DNA of 64,000 bases from Yuukianura sp. NJ FZ-2021. Its lineage: Eukaryota. Below, piece after piece: positions 14,546 to 26,791 of this stretch; position 1 is the first letter of the stretch, and each line of letters opens with the position of its first letter. The notes under the pieces were generated by a model that made no database searches, was not told the origin of the DNA, and was given only the letters and a program-made list of their open reading frames with translations. Location: the NCBI GenBank assembly GCA_046563655.1, contig CM102284.1, positions 5,332,001 to 5,396,000 on the forward strand, given 5' to 3'. A program made the translations under genes and the position numbers.

Positions 14546-15355
14546 TTACTGTTCGCAGCGATTTTCATGTCCTTGGAGAAACCCTTTGCAGTTATTCCAT
14601 GTTCCACCGGAGAATTTTCCGAGAGTTCCATCGCTTCGGATTATTCGGTGACAAGGAATCATAAGGAGGACCGGATTGTTCTTCAGGGCCGTTCCGACTG
14701 CACGAGCTGCTTCTGCCAAATCAATTTCAGTTGAAACGTGGTGCTGATTAACTGTGTCTGTACCCAAAAACATTTCTACTCACTTGGATGGCCGATCATT
14801 TGTGCCAATTTGGAATAACTTGTAGTCTGACCCGACGTAACATTTTCAAACAGAGCTTTCCAAACCTTGACCTCAAAGTCTGTTGGGTCATTATCGAAGC
14901 AGAATTGAGAAAATGTGATATCATCGTATCCTTGCAGTAAGTTGCCATCCGTGGCTGGATGTTGGAAGTAATTTCGAACCCAGCTTATTTGATGATCCAA
15001 ATTCTTCCGTGCTTCGAAGTATTCACGTTCAGTGTTCGGAGTTTCGAAATCGTAATCAGGTGGGTGCAATGGGTAGTATGTTAATATCTGAGTCTGTACA
15101 GATCCAGTTCTAAAAATAGAAATTCGTTAGTACTTAATGCTTAAAAATGGAACTTGATTTTGTATAATTAATTGATTCCCACGGTGGATTGTTCTCTTTC
15201 AGTGGATAGCGCTTCGAAGCTGGCTTAATTGAGTGAAAACCATTTGCACACGATTGCAGAATCAGTGTTCCAATGGGTGTCAGCAGCTCAGCTGTAAGAA
15301 TCGGTCCTCCATCCTTGACACACTTTGCCATTTCCGAAAGGGTAATCCTAGACAT
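14546..15355 (-). CDS. MGMT: O6-methylguanine-DNA methyltransferase
   Basis: Three exons. Translation includes GQTTSYSKLAQMIGHPKAARAVGTALKNNPVLLMIPCHRIIRSDG with the PCHR active site. Start ATG is 15355 or the in-frame ATG just upstream. Confidence 0.93.
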
Positions 15356-16209
15356 ATCAGAGAACATCAGTCTATTACTGTTTTGACTAATCACTGCTGT
15401 AAATCACTGTAGAAACTTACCAGCGAAACTGAAGTAGTAGTATTGCAGATTTCCTACCAGTAGTATACAGTTTACCGTGATTTGCAAAACGTTTCGTTAA
15501 CGATTTCTGAACAATCCGCAGGCTCTGCCCATCGGATGAGAAGCGAAACTTATTATGCAGAACAAGTTGACCTTGACTTTGCGAAAAAAAAATCACCTGC
15601 CGATTAATCCTTTTAAATTCTAAAATCGGAATCAATGTTCGTGAAACTTTCTGTTTTGCATTTGCTATTGTTGTTGGTAATTTTGGTAGAGCGAGAGAGC
15701 GGCGTTACATTTTGCATTTGGAATCGGATCTCCGGCAAACCCAATTATTAGTTTTTTGGAACAATAACCTTTCATCTTAGTTTGGAAGAAATGTTTAGGA
15801 ATTTTGCAAGAATTTCATTAACTTCGGATCACTTTTAGTATTTAGCAAAGTTATCAGTAAGCCAAACCACTGCATGCTGGCGGCCCCGGGTCGGCTGTGG
15901 ATGTGGTTATGAAAATTAAAATCTTTTGAATTAATTTAGTACAAGGTCAATTCTTGATAACGTAACGTTTTTGACAGCTGCCAATCTTTCAATGTCTTAT
16001 TTTTCCATGTTTTTATAGGCGTTCGCTGATAATCATCATCAACACTCATCTTCAGTACTAGTACTACTGGAGTGGGAGTCTGGCGAAGCCTGGAGTTGAA
16101 ATTACATCTTCACATCTTGTGAAACTTTTTAACCAAGAATTCATTGGAATTAGAAGAGGAGAGTTCAACTGTACGCTGTGGCTGTACGCATAAAGTTGTT
16201 TCGCTAAAG

Positions 16210-17707
16210 ATGGCCACGAAGTTTGCGACAACGGGTAAGGTTTGAAAAATTAACTTCGATTGTTGGAATTTGGTCAGCAGTGAAACATTCTCTTTCGTTT
16301 TTAGTGACCGGGGATGTGCCAGTTGACGACCTGGGAATAACAATGCCGCATGAACACCTCCATATGAAGTTCGACGTTTGCTTTATCGAGAAACCGGCTT
16401 CAGTAGTTTCGTGGCCTTCCAGTGCTGAACACTCCATTGAAGGATTTCAACTGAAAAATCTGGGCATTTTACGCCAATATCCGTAAGCGATTCCCTCCTC
16501 CCCCAGTTTCCCAGCTTTGCGTTCCCATGAGTTAACCAGAACCAATCAACTTTTTCTCAGGTACAGTTTCCCCTATAACCTTAAAATGGATGACACCGAC
16601 ACCATGAGCGTTTTAGAAGATGAACTTTTGAGATACAAGGCATTGGGTGGGAAAACTATTGTGGATAACACAGTTCACGGACTTTCAACAAACCTGAAAC
16701 TTTTGAAGCTTCTGAGTCTGAAAACAGGCGTGAACATCATAAGTGGATCCGGTATTTTGGAAAAACGGATTTCGGCGAGACTTAATTACGAAACGATTGA
16801 TAATCAATATCTTTATTTCAGGATATTACATTGCAGCGTCACTCTCGGATTCCGTTCTTGCTATCCCAGTAGAAGCAATCTACGATCAAATGTTGAAGGA
16901 AATCGAACAAGGCGGCGATGGAGGCATCAAGTGCGGAATCATTGGTGAAATCGGGTGTAGTTGGCCTTTACATGGTAAATAACTTTTAATTTTGAATTTT
17001 AATAGGAGAGCTCTCTAATTTAAACCTTACACTTTTTTTAATTTGTTTTTAGACTTTGAGCGTAGGACTATCAAAGCAGTGGCTCTTCTACAAGATGCGA
17101 CCAAGAAACCAATCACTTTCCATGCAGCTCGAAATCCAGAATCTCCATTTGAAATTATGCGAGTATTCTTAGAAGCTGGTGGTCGTCCTGAAGCAGTCGT
17201 CATGTCCCACCTAGACCGTTCGATTTCCAAAATTGTTAAACAATTGGCATAATTTTTACGATTTTTAATTCTAGGGACCATTATGGATGATGAGACGCTC
17301 TTGGAATTTGCAAAGTTCAAAGTGTTCAACCAGCTTGACCTATTCGGAACTGAATGCTCGTTTTATCAGTTGAATGAGGGCATTGACACTATGTCCGATG
17401 CACAACGAATTCTAAAAATTCGAACTCTGATAGACAATGGACATTTGGAGAAGATTTTGATGTCACATGACATTCACACGAAACATCGCTTGGTAATTCA
17501 GTCGTTTTCTATTAATCGTGCATCTTTCTATCCTTCGCTTTGACCTAAAAACTTTTTTGTGTTTAGGTAAACTTCGGAGGTCACGGTTATGGACATATTT
17601 TGCAAAACGTGGTGCCGAAGATGCGAACAAGAGGCTTCACCGAATCAGAGTTAAACACACTTCTGATTGAAAACCCCAAGAATTGGTTGAGCGGATGCAG
17701 TACTTAA
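16210..17707 (+). CDS. PTER: Phosphotriesterase-related protein (amidohydrolase superfamily)
   Basis: Spliced product MATKFATTVTGDVPVDDLGITMPHEHL...GIIGEIGCSWPL...TFHAARN...MSHLDRT...LMSHDIHTKHRL...FGGHGYGHILQNVVPKM. The metal-ligand motifs HxH, E, H, H and D are present. Confidence 0.93.
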
Positions 17708-17994
17708 CGAATGACGCAGAGATTGGCATGATGCGATACTGGATTGCTACAGCTTTTTGGTTTCCAACGCAAATTCCGAATCTTAACAGATTGTCATAGA
17801 AAGGTCAGAAATGAAACTCACAATGAAACAAACAAGTTTTTAAAAATAAAAAACCAACAATAAGTAAATGTTCGAAAGTTTACTTCACGACGACGACGAC
17901 AGAAATGTCGCCGCAATCTTCCTTATCGAGGGGATAGTGTTTTTGTGTAGGACGTATTGAATGGGTATTCTACATTTTATGACTACACAATCGC

Positions 17995-19669
17995 ATGGCT
18001 GCGGTTGATGCTGCCGCACCGCCCACTACCACAACCTCAGCGACTTCGACGCATGATCTGGAAGAAGAAGCGTATGAGGGAATACTTTCAGCACTTGACC
18101 TCTTGGGTGCTAGTCAACGTCGTCGGATCGAATCGGTTCCGAAACGAGTAGCTTCTAAAGGATTACAAGCAGTAGCGCTCGATCTTGGTAAGACAAAAAA
18201 TATTTAGAAATAAAATCAAACGTGAAAAAAATCTGTCGTTTTTGGATTTAGAACGAGCTGAAGTCTTGCCTAGAGGAACAATTTACGGATTGCAGAAATT
18301 GAACAACACAGATCACTTTTTCTTACGACGTTCCACTGAGAGGTCAATTCGTGAGTAAATCATTGAAGTAAACTAAACTAATTTGAGTTAATCATGAGTC
18401 TTTCGAACTTGCAGACATTCCGGAAATGAAGCGCCGCTTAGAGCTCCTGAATGCTTCTGGTGAACGCCTCTTCTTAGCAACAGAAGAAACTACGGAGTTG
18501 GTTAAATCTTTCAGCTACTCTTCCCTGTACGACATGGATTACCATTTCATGGATCCGGATAACGGTATGGAAACGTTCCGCGTTTCAAGTCGAACCCGGT
18601 TTCTCAAAATCTTCGGAACGGTAAATTGAAACTCACTGTGCTCCGGATTGCTTCCGATTCATGCTTTCTTTTTTGAAAATTGTAGGTTATTTCAGTGCTA
18701 AAAGGAAAGAACCTGCTTGGAAGAATTGTTCAAACAGGTCATTTCGGGTCAACCGTTTTTAAACTCTACAGTGTTACTGGTCGCCTGATCTACATTATTA
18801 AACCAACCGAGGACTACGTTGAAGAAATACGGCCATCTTTCTTCCAAAGACTCAAAGCCTCTGATGACATTGACATTGAATTTCCATCGGATTTCAACAT
18901 CTTGTCAGCCGACGAATCTGTTCTGGTTGGAAAAATTTCTGGAAACTGGAATGTACACAACCGTAATAGTAAACGGGATGAAGAAGAATCTGAGTCCGAC
19001 GAAAGTTCAAGCGACGATGACGACACTTCAGAGGATTTGGACGAATCGGAAATTCCAAGCGATCAGGGATCAGTAACATCAAGCGGCGTATCCACCCCGA
19101 GTCAGTCAGGCACAACGACTGCTGCGGCTACCGTGGCGTCGGAACCGTTCCGCGTATCGGAAGACCAAGACAAGTCGTGTGTACCGTTTGATGACTTAGA
19201 GGCAGACCGAAGAGCAATAGTCCTTCTGGAAGCACGATTTGCTAAAGCTACTCAACGATTCTCTACGCACTATCGAAAATTCAATCCAAGCCGTTACCAA
19301 AGGTTCCTGGAAACCGTGGATCGTCGTATCCAAAAATGGGAATGGTACTTTGAAGGTGAAAATTTTGGAGCTGAATTTGATGCAAATTTGGGATCTATAT
19401 CCAGAGCAATGATCATTGCAGTGCTCCTGGTTCAGGTTAGAAATTTCAAAATTTGATTTTACGTTTTTCTGGAAAGTCTTCTCTGCCAAGTTTCATGTTT
19501 TTTATTTCAGTTTTTCCGGATTCACTCTGATCGATTTCACAGGAGGAAAAGTTCCAGAATTTCGTTCGAAGCGAAATTTAGACGGCGGTGCATTATTTCT
19601 GCAGCCATTTGCATTTCAGCACTCTGTATCGTGATTCTTGATTATTATCGGGAAGCGAAAGTTAGTTAA
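17995..19669 (+). CDS. Divergent phospholipid scramblase-family protein 1 with a long acidic insertion and an extra C-terminal hydrophobic tail
   Basis: Exons approximately 17995-18187, 18252-18351, 18415-18620, 18686-19435 and 19511-19669. Scramblase-like motifs: YGLQKL, LNASGERLFLATEE, FNILSADESVLVGKISGNW, ENFGAEFD and RAMIIAVLL. Confidence 0.72.
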
Positions 19670-19999
19670 TTCTTAAATTTAATTCATTAATTTTGAGGCT
19701 TACAGAGTCATTAAACAGTTTGAAAAAGTTACACATCACTTTAATTGCAAAGTTGTTTTGATCTTTTCTGTTTTTTTCTTCTTCTTAAAACTAAGGAAAA
19801 TGTGTTATTTATCAACCCAAGTTTATTATAATCTAAAGTTACTTTTTTTGCAGTGCTTCATTTTGACGCCGAATAAAATTGTCAACCGTATGATTTTGTG
19901 CATGAGAGCCTGAAAAGAAACTTATTACTTTTTATGCGGCGCTCAACCTGTACCAATTATAATTTCACTTTTCTTTGATTTTCATTACTATTACAAACC

Positions 20000-20780
20000 T
20001 TTGAATTTTCAACTTTACAGCGATTTCTATGAATCAAGGGTTCAGTTCATTGTTCCAAAACAGTATTTCATGTAAACTTGGTGCAGAAATTTTGCAAAAA
20101 CGCAATTTCAAAAATTTTGCAGCAATTTGAAAAAATCCATGGACCATAGTTCAGGAATTTTGTTAAAAATTAATACAATTTTCGATTTCTATTTTATTGG
20201 CTTAAATATTCTTGAGATCATTCTCAAATCAGTCGCGAAGAAATTGGCAACCTATTGCATTCCGTTCCTGAGATATTAATTTTTAAAGTTTTTTTAATTT
20301 TCTGAAATTTTGGAAAGAGATTTAACATTGCAGAGGGGTAGGCTCTGCTTGGAAACTGTCCGGAGCTATGCGGAGATTAGGCGACCCAAAAAGGTTCCTC
20401 TCCTTCCTCAACTTTTTTCCCGCTGGCGGCCTCCCCATACAAAAATCCCAAAAGCAGAGAGGGGCTACCTGCCTCTTTGTTCCGTATAATCCCCTGTCTA
20501 CTTTTCTCCTCTCCCAAAGGCTTCCCATGCAAAAGACTCTTCAAAAACACAAACACAACACAATTCCCATTTTCGAAAATTCTAAAAATTTCGAACTTGC
20601 TGTTATTTTTGTGACTCCATCGCTCGAGTCATGTTGCAAAACATCTTTTCGCATAATTTGGTGCAAAATTTTTACAAAAAAAAAGTACGTAAAAAGCGTC
20701 TAAACAATTTGGCTGTTTTACGGAGTCGTAACACTGTGCAATGCTGTAGTCCCATCAGCCTCAGCCGGACCAAAATACAT
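20000..20780 (+). repeat. Dispersed repeat copy A (unclassified non-autonomous element)
   Basis: Its reverse complement matches 25130-25815 and 26055-26575. The core 20300-20580 (TTGCAGAGGGGTAGGCTCTGCTTGGAAACTGTCCGGAGCTATGCGGAGATTAGGCGAC...) is nearly identical between copies. Confidence 0.88.
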
Positions 20781-21006
20781 TTTACTTAATTTGGTGCAAA
20801 AAGCTTTTTTTCTAAATGCTCTTTAAAAATTGTGAATCTAATCTGAAAAAACTTTCATTTTCTGTTGTTCTTTCGAACTAAACTAGTTTTAAATATGCAA
20901 CTGTTGCAATTATTAGTTGCAGAATTCCCAGCTCATTCGTCTTTCTCTCATAATATCGTTGCATACTATTTCTGGTAAACCACTGTTTAAAAAAAATGGC
21001 TTGCAA

Positions 21007-21020
21007 TTTGCCATGACAAC
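21007..21020. promoter_or_regulatory. Candidate X-box (RFX site) upstream of 14-3-3
   Basis: TTTGCCATGACAAC lies about 220 bp before the ATG and differs at one terminal base from GTTGCCATGACAAC-type X-boxes. Confidence 0.3.
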
Positions 21021-21243
21021 ACTTCAATATTTTCCTGACACCTTTGTTTGTTTACTTTCTTGACGTGATTGACCTCCTGAAAACTGCAAAAACAAACAGC
21101 ACTCTGCATTCAGTTGTTGGCCGAGATTGGTTCGTGCGCTTCAGTTCGTCATTTCCAGTTTGTCCCTTGTCCAGGAAATCTTCCTGAACTTTTCGTTTGT
21201 CCGTACATTCGGTGCTAAGTCGTGACTTTTAGAGCAGGTAAGG

Positions 21244-22457
<1,214 letters not shown>

Positions 22458-23242
22458 AAATTTCGCATCTCGAAACGTAACGAACAAAAACAAAAACATC
22501 GAAACAGCCCGCAAATTTGGCGTTTCCAATTTGAAATAATTTCTACGTAAAATTTGAAAAAAGCAAAAATATTTGAACCGACGAAGTATTTAAATTACCA
22601 AAAAATAAACTTTGTATTTTCCCTTTGATTTAAATCAAAATGTTTCCTCTGCTTTCTCCAAACTTTCTATTTAGACCTCCCACGGTTAACGATTAACGAA
22701 ACCCTATGTAATCTTGCTCAAATTCTACTTTTAATACACAAGGCTGGTGATAATTACAAACGCAGGCGTTTTTTGGACCAAATTTTTGTTGTTGATTTGA
22801 AGTTTGAACTTTGTGAAAGTAGTACATCAAAGTTTAAATCAACGTACTTTCCCTTTTCCCAGTCAAGGATATTTGCAAGGATTGGTTTTTGGCGTGACTT
22901 TGTTCAGTCTCTGAATTTACGAGTACAGGATTTCCAAAGTTTTGTTCTTAATTTTTCACTTCGTTTTCGTTACTTTACAAATCTCAAAATCTTAAGATTC
23001 GAATTCTGACAGGTTGGACTTGAAACGTCACCGTGAAACGCCAAAAGTCATGACATACCATACTTCGCATGAAATTTGGTCATCGGTCATACCCTAACCT
23101 TTCCGTTTCCAGTGTAAGTTTGACTTTGGCCTTTTTCGCACACTGTATGAATAACTTTTCAACAATTTTGAGCATAAAATTTTAAAAAACAAAACTTTCT
23201 CTAAAGAATTAACAGTCATTTTTGAACATTGAACAAGGTACA

Positions 23243-24577
23243 ATGGCGTCGAAGAAGTGCAACGCTGTACATCCACTGAATGGTAAGATTTTAAATAAGT
23301 AGAGCACTATTTCGTGGTTTCTATTGTTTCCAATAGAGGTCAAAGGTCATGATTTTTTTTAGTGTTCACAATTCCGCTGTCTGGCCCAGGGTTTCAACCA
23401 ATCATAAGAAAGCAGCCTTCCAAAACAAAATTTTGGGATGAAAACAATCAGCAACAACAACATCTCATCCAAAACCAAGAGGAAGAAGATGATGAAGATA
23501 CGGATAGAGACGCATTGTTTGAACACAGATTTCATCGTCCTCCAGCAGTGTCTACCAAAGGTCAGTGACCTTTGACCTACAACTTCTTGTTTTTTAATTT
23601 TTCAAAATTTCAGCTGGAAAATTATTTTTTGAGTTAGGTGACACTCCGAAAGGTTTGGAATCTCTACAGAATCTGGAGCATCTCTTTATCAAACAGTCTC
23701 AACTTATCACTGACTGTAAGTTTTCTAGATACTAATTAAAAACCAAAAGCACTGGAAAATTGTCTTTCTCAATTTGTTCTTTGAATTTTACTTTTTACAG
23801 TTTTTCTTAATGTTGAAAACAAATACGAAGTTTTGAATAGTTCCGGAGAGTTTGTCTACCTTGCTGCTGAAACGACGCCACCTTTGACCCGCATCTTTTG
23901 TTTCGGTGGTCCACCATTTGAAATAGCCATCAACACTCTTCCAGGACGTGGAGCATATTCCTGGAATGCCAAAGGAACTGAAGTACTCAAACTGAAAGGG
24001 ACTCCAGGAAGCTGTGGATGCGGAAGTGAAGTTAGTGTGAGTCATGCCAGGAAAGTACTTGGCAGTATCGAGCAGGAGGGAGACTGCTTAGCCCCCCTTT
24101 ACATCATCAAAGATGATTCGGACAAAGAGATTCTCCAAATCCAAGGACCGTCCAAACCACACTGTTTTTCATGTACTTTCTCCAAACCGGAAACGAGTCG
24201 AGGGAATTTGAAATTTGACATTTTGTCTGCCGATGGGAAAACGCTTTTGGGCAGAATTGCTAAACAGTGGGCCGATCCAATTCAGATGACGAGCCAGATC
24301 AACGGAGGTGTCAGCATGTCACCAGACGAAGAGCCGCGGCGGCGCAGAGAGCCTGTCACATCCAACTCGCCCGTGAAGCAAAAGGACTGTGAAATGTGGG
24401 GAATCAAGTTCCCGGCGGTCGCTGACAAGGAAACCAAAGGACTGTTGCTTAGCACGCTGTTTTTACTTGTAAGCTGCACTTGACTTTGAAATACTCAAAA
24501 TTTTGAATTGGAAAATTAATGCGAACTTTAATTTTTGCATTCCTTAGGAGTACCAATACTACACCGGAGAAAGTTGA
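23243..24577 (+). CDS. Phospholipid scramblase-family protein 2
   Basis: Spliced product includes PKGLESLQNL, KYEVLNSSGEFVYLAAE, RIFCFGGPPFEI, LGSIEQE, ILQIQGP, KFDILSADGKTLLGRIAKQW, WGIKFP and KGLLLSTLFLLEYQYY. Confidence 0.85.
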
Positions 24578-25129
24578 AGCAATAAGAAATAATTAGCGAA
24601 AATCTTGAAAAAATCTAACAGCATTTTTTCAAATTTAAAAAATGTACTTAATTTATGACAAAATTTTGAAGAAACGCTAACTTTCTCGTATAGTTTTTTC
24701 AAAATTGGACAAAAAGGTTCATTTTTGGCACTTTTAATTAAAAATTTCTATGAATTACTTCGGGAAATTTGGGCATTTTTATCGCTACGAGCAGACGCCA
24801 CATGAAAGGGAATTATTTTCGACCTTGACATTAAAAGCGGAATTTCCATCCAGAAATTATATTTGTTTTTACGTGGCGTGAAAACCTAGCAATAAAAAAA
24901 CCAAAAATTTTTCACTTTTACTGAAATCTTTATTTCAAAATTTTGATTCTCCGTTACAAAATGATGAGACACGATAAAGCATGATATTCCACATCTTGAT
25001 CTCCGGGACGAACGTTTACATGAAAATGGAGTTAAGAGAGTTCCTCCTTTGTTGAATTAAAAAAAATTAATTTCCGTTAATTTAAACTTTAATAGCAATG
25101 AATTCCATGAATTTTCTCAAAACGCTTTT

Positions 25130-25815
25130 TGAAACTGTACGTTTTGCAAAATTTTTGCACTAAAGTATGCAAAATCTTGTTCTGCAACTTCAACGCCTTC
25201 GCGGAGTTGCAGAAATTGCAACAGAGTTCAAATTTTCAGAATTTTCTAAAATGGGAATTTTGCTTGTGTTTTTGAAAGTTTTTTAAAGAGTCTTTTGCAT
25301 GGGAGGCTTTTGTGAGAGTAGAAAAGTAGACAGGGGATTATACGAAGCGAAGAGGCAGATAGCCTCTCTCTGCTTTTGGGATTTTTGTATGGGAAGGCCG
25401 CCAGCGGGAGAAAAGTTGAGGAAGGAGAGGAACCTTTTTGAGTCGCCTAATCTCCGCATAGCTCCGGACAGTTTCCAAGCAGAGCCTACCCCTTTGCAAT
25501 GTTAAATCTCTTTCCAACATTTCAGAAAATTCAAAAACTTTTAAAATTTATATCTCAGGAATGGAATGCAATAAATTGTCAATTTCTTCGCGACTGATTT
25601 GAGAATGATCTCAAGAATATGTTACGCCAATAAAACAGAAATTGAAATTCGAATTAATTTTTAACAAAATCACTGAGCTATAGTCCATGGATTTTTGCAA
25701 ATTTCATCAAAATTTTAAAGGTGCGTTTTTTGGACCAAATTACATGAAATACGGATTGGCACAATGAACTGAGCGCTTGATCACACAAATCGCTTTAAAA
25801 TTGAGGATTCAAACT
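25130..25815 (-). repeat. Dispersed repeat copy B
   Basis: Reverse-complement match to roughly 20000-20680, including the conserved core. Confidence 0.88.
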
Positions 25816-26054
25816 TTAGTTTAACGGAAATAAAAGTTTTTTTTTTCTGATTTGGTATAGACGTTCGTTGAAATTTAAAATAATTCAGTGCAAGAATTTC
25901 ATATAAATACACCTTACGTGAAATTATTAATTTTGCATGCAGCTTTAAGGAACTCTGTCAAAATTCATCGATTTCTCAATTTCCAAAATTTTGGAAAATT
26001 TTGAAAGTAAATTTTTTGGAAACTATTTGCAGCAAATTAAGCGCAATGTTGTTT

Positions 26055-26575
26055 TACAATTTGACTCGGCTGACGCTGACGGGCCTACGGCATTGCAAAT
26101 TGTTGCAATTTACTGCAAAACTGCTGAAGTTTTTAAAACGCGCATATTTTGAATATGCGTTCTTTTTTGCGAAATATTTGCACTATATTGTGCGAGATGA
26201 TGTTTTGCAACTTGAGTCAAACGATGGAGTCACAGAAATCGCTGCAAGTTTCAAATTTTTAGAATTTTCTAAAATGGGAATTGTGCTTGTGTTTTTGAAG
26301 AGTCTTTTGCATGGGAGGCTTTTGTGAGAGGAGAAAAGTTGACAGGGGATTATACGAAGCGAAGAGGCAGATAGCCTCTCTCTGCTGTTGAGATTTTTGT
26401 ATGGGGAGGCCGCCAGCGGAAAAAAAGTTGAGGGAGGAGAGGAGCCTTTTTGAGTCGCCTAATCTCCGCATAGCTCCGGACAGTTTCCAAGCAGAGCCTA
26501 CCCCTCTACAATGTTAAATCTCTTTCCAAAATTTCAGAAAATTCAAAAACTTTTAAAATTTATATCCCAGGAACG
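26055..26575 (-). repeat. Dispersed repeat copy C (truncated)
   Basis: Direct copy of the B core (26270-26575 vs about 25250-25565). Its start, GACTCGGCTGACGCTGACGGGCCTACGGCATTGC, is the reverse complement of the end of copy A. Confidence 0.88.
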
Positions 26576-26791
26576 GTAAGCGTTAGAAAACTAATCTCTG
26601 CGCCAAAAACCTTGAAAAAAGACGAAGAATTTTTAAATTCTTTTTTATTGTTTAGTTTGGTTATTATTATGTTAATTACATTTACATAATAAACCCTGTC
26701 TGTACATCTTATAATATTATACTCCACACATAAATAATCAGTATACTTAAGTTCCGAGTTCATGAAAACATTTTTCGGAAATATCCCGTGG

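Noticed and set aside
14546..17707. MGMT + PTER divergent pair as a horizontally acquired detoxification module
   Set aside because: Both are ordinary intron-containing metazoan genes, and head-to-head packing is common in this window.
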